Part shown: in pieces, positions 52,901-64,000 of the stretch
How positions within the stretch are numbered: position 1 is the stretch's first letter
Layout of the letters: the number at the start of each line of letters is the position of its first letter
NCBI GenBank assembly: GCA_965285935.1
Contig: OZ260661.1
Span: forward strand, 94,054,001-94,118,000
DNA: 64,000 nucleotides
Direction of reading: 5' to 3'
DNA from: Ophelia neglecta
Lineage: Eukaryota
Notes under the pieces: generated by a model
The model's database searches: none
What the model was told of the DNA's origin: nothing
Seen by the model: the letters and a program-made list of their open reading frames with translations, nothing else
Position numbers and translations under genes: made by a program

Positions 52901-55900
52901 GGTAATCCTGTCATTTTCGCCCTCTTGACGATCCTGTCGATTCTGTCCGTCCCTGTCTATTCTGTCTGTTGCGGTGCTAATGATTAATTTGTTAAACTTC
53001 TTCTGACATATGCTACAGAACCACAGTGCTCTGAGACATTCAACAGAGTTGAACTTTGCAGGGCAGACAGAGATCTAACTAGGGTGGAAGGGAGTTTTCA
53101 TTAATTAGAGTCAAGATTGATGTGGGCTATAGGTAGGATGAGGTAGTGATGTATGCTTTAAGTAGACACTTGGTACCCTGATCGCTCAGATCACCACATA
53201 CATTGGCCGCCTGTCAGGCCAGTGAAGTATCACCCTTTTGCCTTCATCCCTACCTAGAGTTTGCCGGTTTAAAGCCACTAACCAAAACAAATAAGCCAAC
53301 CTTGACCAAATCTCCGGTGTCAGTTCTACCTGTGATCCTGATGAATTATGGGATTTTAATGTCCCTTGCGAATCTGTGTTTTTTTCAAGGAAGTTTAGGG
53401 TGATAACAGGTGGAAGCCAATGCCAGTAATTACTAAGATTGTAGCTTAGTTTATAAGGGAGTATTGTGCTTAGAATTCAATTTAAACATGCACAGGCAAA
53501 TTGTGGTGTGGAAATGCGGTTATTTCTGCCAGGATATTCAACCTGTCGAAATGGGTTGAAAATTCAAATTAATTAAATGGTGATTACCGGCGACCATTAT
53601 CACATCTAGTGACAAGCCTTGCAGCTATGAACTGGCTACAGGGTGTTCAACCTGGCTGCCAACCAGAGTAGATTAAAGTTTAAATTTTATTTTGTCAATA
53701 AATTCCATATTGGCAGTATGCAGCTGAATTAAACTAATGGGAAATTTTACGTGGCTAGTACAGAATTTTTTGTAATTAGGAGAGGAGAAAGTACATTTAG
53801 TATTCACAACCGGCATTCAATGGTTTATTCAGTTGGCCATCCCCCATATAGTTACACACTGATTGTTACCACTTTAGATGAGTGTGAATGTTCTTCTGTA
53901 GCCATTCAGGTGAGATTTTCCTGTGGTATTGTGTGCGTTGCGTGTGGCATCTCGAGGCTGCAGAGGATCTGACAATATCGGTGAAGTAATTGGCCAAATG
54001 AGCGGGCTGTAACGACATGGAAAGATTTCCAGTTTCCTCCTCGACCATTCTCCGACCTGTTTGCGGGCTACACCCTTCTATTTGCTCTTTTAGCAGCCTT
54101 GTAATCAGCTTATGCTGGCTCTCTCTCACAAGAATTGGTATTGTTTGATAAAACAGCTTAGCCAGGAGGTTGTAATTTGGAAAGGTGCTCACCACTAATA
54201 TCAACCTTGTCATCAATGGCCAGTTTAAAACAGTGTCGGGTCCTACACGCAAGTTTGCAATTACGTATTGTCCCTTCTAGGCCCAGCCATCTCCCTATTC
54301 TGCTCGCTTTGTGTGGTCGCAATGGCGGGGCCATGTGAATTTTAGCTACTGTACCTGATGGCTATACGCAAGAATTATGGGCAACTTGTGTGACTAACTC
54401 AGGAGTGTTTTGGGATCATCGGGGGACATGATGGTCGCTCTTGCTGAGACCATTTTATTTGGGAGCCGTCTTGGGGAGGCTGGTGGCTGCAGCCTGGGTC
54501 GCTTTCTAACTCTCCCTGCAATCTTGAACTAATGATGAACTTCTGTGCAGTGCTATCAGTCTAGATGCATGCATGAATGCACAGATACTCGGAGGAAATC
54601 AAATAAAGTCAGCTTGTACCATCTCCTGCAGCCTGCGATATCATCAACCCGCCTGGCTGGCTGTGCTGGGACACATTCTAGCATTCTGTTCCAACTACAT
54701 TTAGATGATGTCCTTTGATTCTTGCTATTTTCTCAAATAAAAACCTTGATTTAGCTCATGGGCTAGATGTGGCTTGGGTGTTTTTGCTACCTATAAACCT
54801 GGGAGGGGGCATGATAGGAATATGTGCTATCATTTGTGGTGTGTCTTCTTTGTTTAAGATGAGGTTTCAATGCAACCCATATCGATAGCTAAATCTTGAT
54901 GGTACGGTGACATTGGTTACAAGAGAAAGTCTGGGATAGGTTTCCTATAAAGTTGGTTTTTTACAGTGGCTGTTGGGCAGCATGGGAGGGCAGTCAAGTA
55001 GATCATAGCCTGCCCTTTCCAGGGTGGCTAGGTCAGTTCCATTTGCCACACGCTGAAGGATTCCTCCCATCAGTGAAATATTAATGCCGCAATCCCTATG
55101 ATGCTCTGCAACATCAAAAGTTTTCCCAATCACAGCCGCAGCCAAACCCATACTGGTCGCCAATCAAATGGGAGTCCTCTACTGGCGGAGGAGGAAATAT
55201 TGTGTGGACCAATTTGCCCCCACTCCACTGCAGTTCTACTCCCTCCGGCTATTATTAATTTCATTTTAATGCGATGTCTTGTCTGGCTTCAGCCGTGCAG
55301 TAAGAGGGTTTATAAAGATTTTTGCCTGGGGCGCATGACTTTTAGTTGCTTTTAGACCATATTTGATGGTCTTAGAATGAACACATCTCAGCCGATGCAT
55401 TGCCTGGGTAACTAATATCACATTATTTCCTACCCAACAATAAAACTGCTAAAAGAACAGCCTTCTGTTGTCCTTGCCCCAGGCGCTCTTTCGGAAAATA
55501 CCACAAATATTGTGGTATCTCTCTGTATTAATCCTCCTCGGCGATGTGGCGGCAAGTGAGTGTGTTGATGTTTTTGAACAATCCTGGAAGCGGGGTTGTG
55601 ATATTTGGTGCATATATCAGGATAGATGTATCATAATTTGCTGACAAGTAGCCTTGATGTACTCTCTGATAGCACCCACGTTAAGGAAATGTGTTGTGAC
55701 TTTGGCAAGAGCTCACATCTTGGGCTGAGTGGCCCTTGGCAAGATCAACCTTCCACGGAGCACACGCACAACGTCTGTCCGTCTGTCGTCTGACAATGTT
55801 CTCAGCTCTTAACAACAAGAAACTTGGACAAAACACAACTAGTTTCTCACTGCCAACCATGTACTGTGGAGAGAGAGCTGATACAAACACAGGTATTGGT

Positions 55901-58900
55901 GTTAGCTGTAGCTTTAAAAGGGATGTATATCTGTCGGCAGCCAACTGTCACAGACCTGCAGTCATATATCATACTTAATATGACAGCAGTATATAGAGGC
56001 TAGTAGAGAATAATATACAGAGGAAGGTTCCAGACTGAAGCTGACTAATGATTCATTGTTAATTCATAGAAGGTTGTCCTTCGAAATTTTAGCAATCCTT
56101 ACTCAGGATAATAAATTGCTTATTGTAGAAATTTTGACATGAAAAATCTTTGGTATTTGAGTTAAAATCCCTGTTCTGTTGGTGACTAACATGACTAAAG
56201 CTGTGCATATGATTGGGAGCCTATCCAGATCTGGCCCAGATTTACTCTTAATAAGATCTCAGCCCCCCTCGGTCCCTTGGTCTGTGCTCAATTGTGCTCA
56301 AAATGGGGCGAATTAATCATAGGGCTGAACCGGTATTGGCTGGCAAGTTTGTACATACCTCCATCAATCTAGCCAGGGAGGCTGCAGATTGGCAGCAGCG
56401 GTGGGGGAACCTTCGATGGATTGTCACCAAGAGGCAAATTCGCAGAATAAATTGCTGCAATAATTTGGCCAGCTCATGAGATGAGACGTTGAAATTAAAT
56501 TGATATTGCCGGTTATGGCATAAATTGGCAGAAATTCATCATTTTAGAGAAAGCGCACAAAACATTGTGGGTTTGCTGGGTGGGATGCTTGGAGTGGGCC
56601 ATGGGGTACAAGGCCATTGCCAGTATATTAGACGGGGATACCACACTACCATCCTAGAAATAATAATCTCAGTGCTAATCTCATCTACAGGAGCAGATTA
56701 CTTTGATACTTACATGCAATCTAAGTCTAGCCTCAGGCAATTCTCAGTGCATGCAATTTTTGTGCTTGGATACTAGTATTCCATGTCCAAATTGGATTTA
56801 AATTGGTAGTTTAATATGGAGTGATGATGATGATTTGCAGTCTGTTTCTAGCTGACAGAGGGGCTTTGATGTCTCCAGCTTATCTCTGAGGTGTATGGTC
56901 AGTTAGGATTGGGGCATGTAGGCCAGGTCCAGTGTCTGTGTCCCCTCTCTTGTGTGTGGCTAAATGGCCGCCCCTAGGGGCCAATGGAATGGGATTCTCT
57001 GTCGATTCTGGGGATAATATCCTCGTTCTGCTTCCTATGTCCCTGCTCAGCCATTACAATGTGTTGATTTCTGATTGATACTACTGCAAATGCCCCCTTC
57101 AAGACCACCAGATACGGTTTGAATGGGCCCCAACAGATATTGTTGATATTCAATCGCAGGGATTTGAGACAAGCTGCGGTCATGCATGTGATTTCAGTGC
57201 TCGTGGTGGTATTACGAAATCTGGCTGTGTTTTATCTCAACCATCAGCAATATTCCTCCCATCTTTCGGGACATTAATTTGATAAGTCGGAGGCTGCTCC
57301 CCCATTTTCTGGGCAGAAGATGGTAGACTTCTCTAAATAATGGCTCATCATTTCCTATGATGTAGTAGGTCATTTATATCTAATGATATTGGTTCAGCAG
57401 TCCTCAAATACCAAGTCCCTTCCATGTTTCCTGGTGAAATATGTTTCTCTAGCAATGAACCCTTTATGAAACACAGCATCACATGGAGGCAGATACACAT
57501 GGCATCCAATAAGAAAACTGCCTTTGAAAAAGTCTGAAAAAGGTGACTAGGTTTTTGTTGCGGTGTTTCTAACTATTCCTTTTTTCTCAGCTATTTGAGG
57601 ACTCTGTGGGCCAGCTGTTAGTGAGTTGTGGTGTTCCTACTTTGCGTTGGCCCCAATGGGGCTGTGAGTCTCCCGGGCGCAGGCTCCCCTCCTCCACACT
57701 GATATGTGTTTGATTTAATTTGCTTGATAGATCTACTCCTTGATTGTAGTTGATAGATCTGCAGGAGTGAGGCAGTATGAATATGCAAATATCAGCTGCA
57801 GTGTATGAATTGGTCATGGTTATTCCGTCTGAAAGTCCCCTCAATGTCCGCTGTGGGCCAGCTCTAACCCCTTATGCATCGTTACGCTAAATTGGATGAA
57901 GGGGAGTTTTTTCTGTCAAATCTTGACTGACCTGACCCCTGACCTACAGCGGCCATTTGCATGAGTGGAAGCCTCCATTCTTTGTTTTGGAAATTGCAAA
58001 TGTTGGCCAGTAATGACCATGGGGATCGGTAAACTGTAAACTTCTCTGATGGTGGGCCAGACCGCTGACATCCTTTTGCAAATCTTATCTTGGGTGGGCT
58101 CAGGTTACATTTTAATGTGCTTTTCAACCCCTTATCAAAATTTTAATTTGGGTTGCCTTAGCAACAGAATTGGAGAATCGTTACTGCCTGACTTTTGGGA
58201 ATTATTTGCACTGTAAATTAGACAAGAGTATAATTTTCCCTTCTCGCCCTGCTCACTGGAAGTGGTGAACAGAGGCGATAGGAGTTGTGAATCCTATGGG
58301 GGCTTACTGTGTGGTAATGGTTAATTTTCGTGTGAGTGGTTCTCATTTAAGTTTCTGTGATCTACCCTAATCTCTATCAAAGAACAACCACAGATAATTT
58401 GATACAGGTAATGAGGAAAAAACAGTGTGAGGTACAGGCTTGAAACTGGCTAGGAATCCAAGCATGGGACACAGGATGATATCATATCAACTGCCAGGGA
58501 AAGTTTTGGGAAATTAAACAACTAGAACATGGCTGGCACTATTGCCTTATTGCAGGAGCCGGAGATAACTGGAGGCAGAAGGTGTAGAGTAATGGTGGGC
58601 TGGGTGAGGGTTGTGTTTGTGTGTTTCCTCTGTGTTTTCTTGTGTTTTTAGCTGGTGTCTTGTTGTGTTATGGTGACAGACCGGAGTGATCTATCCATGT
58701 TCTCAGAGTGTGTTAGACCCTTTGGCATTTTGCAGTATCACCCGCTTTGTGGTGTAGGGTATCAGGGTAATCGCTATAACTGTCCCAAACTCCCCGACTG
58801 ACATTCACCAAACTTTGTAACGTTTGGCTGGGGTACACCAGATCCCTGTAACAGACACAGCCACTACATTGTTATTTGCACAAACGGCCCTTGTGGGTTT

Positions 58901-61900
58901 CATCCACTCTCGCCCCTCTCCTCCTCGCCAGACAACATTCACCAGCTATCCGCTGTGTCTGTTCTTGACATTATATCACAGACTATTGTGGATAAGGTTT
59001 CTTCGCCTGCTGTGCAGAAAACTAGCAGAAAGATACAGATAGGATAACACATTTTTTGAAAACTTCTCTCCGGAAACAATGGCTAATCTATCTATTCAGA
59101 TACAAGTATATTGAAAGTGGCCCTAGCTCTTTTGATCATCTTCAAAATTCCCTAGCCTTTGTTTTGGTCATAAATTATGTGAGTAAGACCTTTGACAGTT
59201 GAAGTCTATCCAGGCAGAAAATAGCTCTGTAATTAGTGTTTGCTGGGATTGACCACTTTTTGTTCAGACTTCAAACTCTTTCCCATCTGTAAAATAAAGG
59301 TTGAATTACACCTGGTATTGTTCACTAGTATTTTGTAGCCCTCAGAACCCACAATAGGACTGCCCGCTCAATGAAATTAATACGAGTATTACCGGCCAGG
59401 TAGGCAGACAGTAATTTGTGGCCAGGCACAGATAATGATAAAGATGATCACAACTTGATGACCACTTTCAGACAGGTGCTTCTATCACCAGCTACACTGG
59501 GGGTAATTTATCGCCATGGTGACCAGGTAGGATGACCACTCTACCCCTGGCTGGGGGGCTAAGTGCCCCCATCATTGGGACACATTGCCCCAGCATCAGT
59601 TAGTCTACCCCCTGTGTGTATCAAACTTGGTAGTAAGTGGTAGATTGTGAAATTCTATGTAACTTGGTTTTGCCAGTTGTGAACTCCATAATATGTTGTA
59701 TGGCAAGAGTTAAAACACTTTATTATAGCCCCAAGGTGTCTAAACAGCCACCTTACTTGTGCCATCTGCAAATAGCTTTACAACCCCATAAGGCTGGTCC
59801 ATAATATGTATGGCCCCATCAAAGCCAAAATGTGTATTTGATGATTTGATATTCACTCTTGTAGATACATTTAGCAAGTACTTGTGAAATCTGGGAGGAG
59901 ACTGAGGGTTGTAAATCCAACAGTGAACAAATAGATATATGGCTCTTCCCTGCTGAGAAATTACCCTGCTCCTGTGATGGCACACACGACTGTTAGCTAC
60001 TGTTTATTTATTTATCTATTTAATGCTGTGGCACATACAACTTTGACATATTTTACAAAATGGCAAATTGATGGTATGATTTATGACTTGACTTACATAG
60101 TACCTCATGCACGAGCAGAGCAGATTTGCCCAGCTCTCCATGTTGCCACTGCGCTCAGTGGATAAATGTATGCATGCACAAGTACATGGTATAAAAAGTG
60201 GGTGATTTTTCATGATAGGTGTGAGTATTTCACAGAGAAAACCAGTGTTTCGGACATGAATGATCATCACTGATCTGCACAAGGTGACAGGGCACATCAT
60301 GAAAAGTGGCCTCCAGCCTCTGCTCTTGGCACCGCAATGAAAGCGGGGGACTGCCACAAATTCAGTGTAATTTTAGTAATTAAAATGTTTATAGCCTATC
60401 TATTTTGACAGATCGGTGTATATTAATCATATAATACTTGCAACTCGTGCTTAAGCGATAGCCAGAAGAACGATATATGCCAAATGTTGCGATATCGCAG
60501 GATATTGATAATTTCATGTTACACTCTGTTTCCCTGACCCTGCCCTAAAAGTCATGTTGGGTGAGGCACATTCACATGAAATGTTTTGAAAATGGCCGTG
60601 TCAGGTTAACTGTATTGTGATTAGAGTATGGATCCATGACAAAAGTTGAAATTCTAGCCCCACAGTCAACTTTCAGTTTGATTTTTATTCAGGTTCACGA
60701 CACCCCTGCATACTGTCTGCCTTGGCCAATTTAGATAAGGCCACCGACACAGCACAAAGTCTGTCTGTCTTTACTTTAGGATTTGTCAGATATTTAAACA
60801 ACTCATTACTGTATAATTCCCTGCTAAAATTGCATAGAAATCAAACAGCTTTGAACCGGTTACCGGGCAAGTTTTGTTTGAACAAAAAAACAAATTGGGT
60901 ACAGTTTTAACAGTTAAACGGGGAAAGCAAACAGACCGCCGTGCATGCCGGCAGTCGGGGCCACAATTAAACCTCCGTCCACCCCTCAGGTTAGCCAAGA
61001 TAAACATTTTAAAGGATAAATGTTGGGGAAGAATAGAATTTGTGTAATGGAGATGGTTATAGCTGGTGTTGTTGGCTTGGAGTGGAGCTTAGCGGTGTCG
61101 TCCTGAATGAAGAGACGCGGCCGGGCGGCGCTGAGGGCCCCGGATGATGTTCCCCATTGTGTTGTAGCAGATTTGTGGCCAGTCGAGTGGACGTAATCCC
61201 TTTTCTGGACACTCGAGGCACGTTCGAGTGGAGACGTTGATCCTCCCGCCAACCATTGCTCAAAGCCATCACGCTCGACTGGCTTGCCGTTATAATTCGG
61301 ACAAGAAATTTGACGGGACAGGTGGAACGATTATCGCTTCCTCGCCTTATTCTGTCCATTTGAGTGTCATCAGAAGTGTCGTCCAAAAGTTCTTCAGCCC
61401 ATGTGTGTTGTAACTGGTGTATAATACCCATCTCAAGCACTATAGCAAGCTTTGTTCACTAAATTACACACGTCTGGTGGTTAAATATATCGGCCACAAT
61501 AAAGGAGTTGGCCACCAGGCGGCAGAGAGGATCTATACTGACATTAATCCCAAGTCTCTACCCCCTCTGTGATATTGAAGTGTTAGTATGTTCACTGCAC
61601 CGTTGACTTGCCCAGGCCGGGTCTTCTAAGCCTGCCATGTAATGAAGGTCACCGACTTTGTTAAGTGGAATTCTCTGCTGAAAATCATCTGGTCATTTTG
61701 TCCCCGAGATGGTCCCTAGGAATCCGGGAATGACCATTTAACACACCGGCTGATGAGGCGCTCTAATTTTTTCAATCCATTTCATTTCAGCCTCTCACGG
61801 CTTAATGTCTTCCCTGATGATATATGGCCACCTTAATAGTTTTCAAAATGGCCAAAAACCGTCAAGCAGACAAAAAGCGGTTAAGCGGTTCATTTACGCC

Positions 61901-64000
61901 TGGGAGTAAAGTGGGTTATGGTGAAGATTTTCACATGTAGGGGAATGTGATAGCATGAAACTTTGCACTTCACAAAAATACAAACACAAAAATACTCACC
62001 TCTGTCAAAGAGGAAAATATACACAATTTACGATTTGAATGTTTAGCCGGCAACCTTGGCGGAAAGCGCAGTGGGGATAGTCGTAGACACAGCCCAGGAA
62101 TACTAAACTTTCAGGGCCTGTATATCAACCGGCGCAAGAATTTCCCAGTGTTTAATTTGGCACTTTTTGTTTGTTTATATACCATGTGAATTAATTTTAT
62201 TATTCATAAACATTATAAAAATCAAGAGTTTCTCAGCAGCTCATTTACATCATATACTTTTCAAATTGAAATATTCATTAGGACAACTTCAAAAGGATAA
62301 AACTTAACCATAACTTTTATTGTAGTGGGTAATATATCTCTTGCTCATACACAATTCCAAAACTAAATATGCCTGGATGACTTGAAAACCATTGAACTTT
62401 AGATTTATCAGAAATTATTGTTGGAATGTCAGATACTCGTACTTACATGTATATACATGTATATACAAGTATAAATAGTGTGTGGTGGGTGTACCTTGTA
62501 TACATCTCTAGACAGTGTATGTGATGTAGATGTACAGGAGGCTATGTGGTGGGGTCAAGAAGCTCGTTTGTGGTGTCTGGTATGTCTTAATGTGTCTCTC
62601 CCCCCTAGAACAGGCAATTATTAGCCATTATGGGGTTTTGTGTTGTTGCAATGGACCAACATCACGGGGACTTTGCTGAATAACGGCCACTATCGGCAAT
62701 GATTTTATCTCCCACTTTCAATTTAAACCTCCTAACTGTAATAAGAATGCATGGGGCCCTTGCTTTTTCTGCTCTTTTATTAATAAAAATTTCACTCTGC
62801 ATGTGTATTGGATAAAAGTGTAGTTATGGCGACTCTGAAAGGCGCTAGCAGCCTATACTGCCAAGTTATCATTTGGGCCATCTCGTAGATGATATCTTGG
62901 TGAAATTTAATATTTTCTTTGTGCAGTTTCTTAAGATCGGTTGAGAATGGGTATAAAATCAATTCATTTCGAAGCATTGCCCATGACAGACAGACGATAA
63001 AGTTTCCATTGCCAACTTTATTGTTGTCCATTTTGTTTCTGAAATACCATGTGTCGAAAAATTCCAACTTTTTAATAGCGCGTTCAATAGAAATTAGTGC
63101 AAGTCATTCATCTCTGAAAGGCACCAATTTATTTCTAAATTTCCTTCAGGGCGTTTTATGTTCAAGTAGTTTTGAATTGATGTAGAATGCCCGATTTGGC
63201 CAGTGCTTTTGACTGCGATTTCGACTGTTATGATGGCGGGAGTGCACTGACCATTAGGTAGCAATTAGGCTGGACATTGTGGACACTGTGTTGGCTTGTA
63301 TCACTGACAGCACACTGTAAATCACTCCCCAGTATCAACTCCACTCACTGTCCATCACATCACCCACCCCACTCCATTTGTCAGACAGCCGTCAGTCTAG
63401 TGCAGCCAGTCTCCACAGAGGGAGCCACCTCATAGGAAAGTATCAAACTAGTATCAACTGGGATCACTCTATCCACTGGTGTTTTAGCAGTTGTAAGCGG
63501 GGATTGCTGGCTTGCATGTCATATTTGCCAAGACATTTTTCTATTTGCTGCAGCCTGGTCAGTATTAATAGAATGCCCAATTGCATGCTGTGAAAGATGC
63601 AATATTTGATGGCCACGAATCCAGCTCATTTTGGAGAAACTCTCTGTACATTTGTTTCAATTACAGAGCAAATTACACTGGCTTTGTTGCGGCTTGCCGG
63701 TGGGCTCAATATTCCCTCGTAATGCCGACAAATCTGCTGTGATCGCCATTTGATCATTACCATCGGACAAACACACAGTTATGTATGGCTGTCGCTGGAG
63801 TAATCTGCCATAAATAATCACAAGAGATCTGTTTGGATGCTCTCATAATTATAAGTGCATCAGAGTTTATTGAGGCCCCAATCTCCTGATCTGCTGCAGC
63901 CGTCATTTGCCAAACTTGGGTATATTTTCCTAGATCAGCTCTGATCTCCTGCAGGCTGTGTATATAATCTGGGTAGATTAATGGTCAGTCTGTAGAGATA
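46923..64000 (+). other. Meis: Intron (>17 kb, phase 2) running off the window end; the next exon (W-FINARRRIVQPM) was not found
   Basis: Donor gtgagt at 46923. No FINARRR-coding sequence was found by eye or in the ORF track downstream. Confidence 0.7.

Noticed and set aside
53243-53262. LHPYLEF in ORF 53203-53403 as another homeodomain exon
   Set aside because: No acceptor directly before it and no similarity beyond HPY.
62444-62471. TACATGTA-type palindromic repeats (also near 2280-2305)
   Set aside because: A short low-complexity motif common in invertebrate genomes; there is no support for an element.
1-64000. Prokaryotic features (operons, CRISPR, IS), tRNA or rRNA genes
   Set aside because: The sequence is intron-dominated eukaryotic DNA; no repeat-spacer array, cloverleaf or rRNA motif was seen.

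Overview
AT-rich (roughly 40% GC by eye) animal genomic DNA with spliceosomal introns. The whole window lies inside one + strand gene: a TALE-class homeobox gene of the Meis/homothorax family. Four coding exons are visible. A linker exon (1637-1778) is followed, after a 38.4-kb intron, by the exon carrying the homeodomain N-terminal arm and helix 1 (40198-40349, [23 protein letters not shown]). Then come two tandem 77-bp copies of the PYP-loop/helix-2/start-of-helix-3 exon (46706-46782 and 46846-46922), only 63 nt apart. Both copies have intact splice sites and the same phases, and differ mostly at synonymous positions. Including both gives a frameshift and a premature stop. They therefore look like mutually exclusive exons producing two Meis homeodomain variants. 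Around the pair are candidate control elements: a downstream segment complementary to both donors and to the copy-A acceptor region, ACUAAY motifs, an upstream stop-producing acceptor, and a G-quadruplex motif. The upstream HM/MEINOX-domain exons and the downstream FINARRR exon were not found and presumably lie outside the window. All other listed ORFs look spurious. The RPPSS and SIGSGDG motifs resemble protostome Hth as I recall it, so an invertebrate bilaterian is likely, but the species cannot be determined here.
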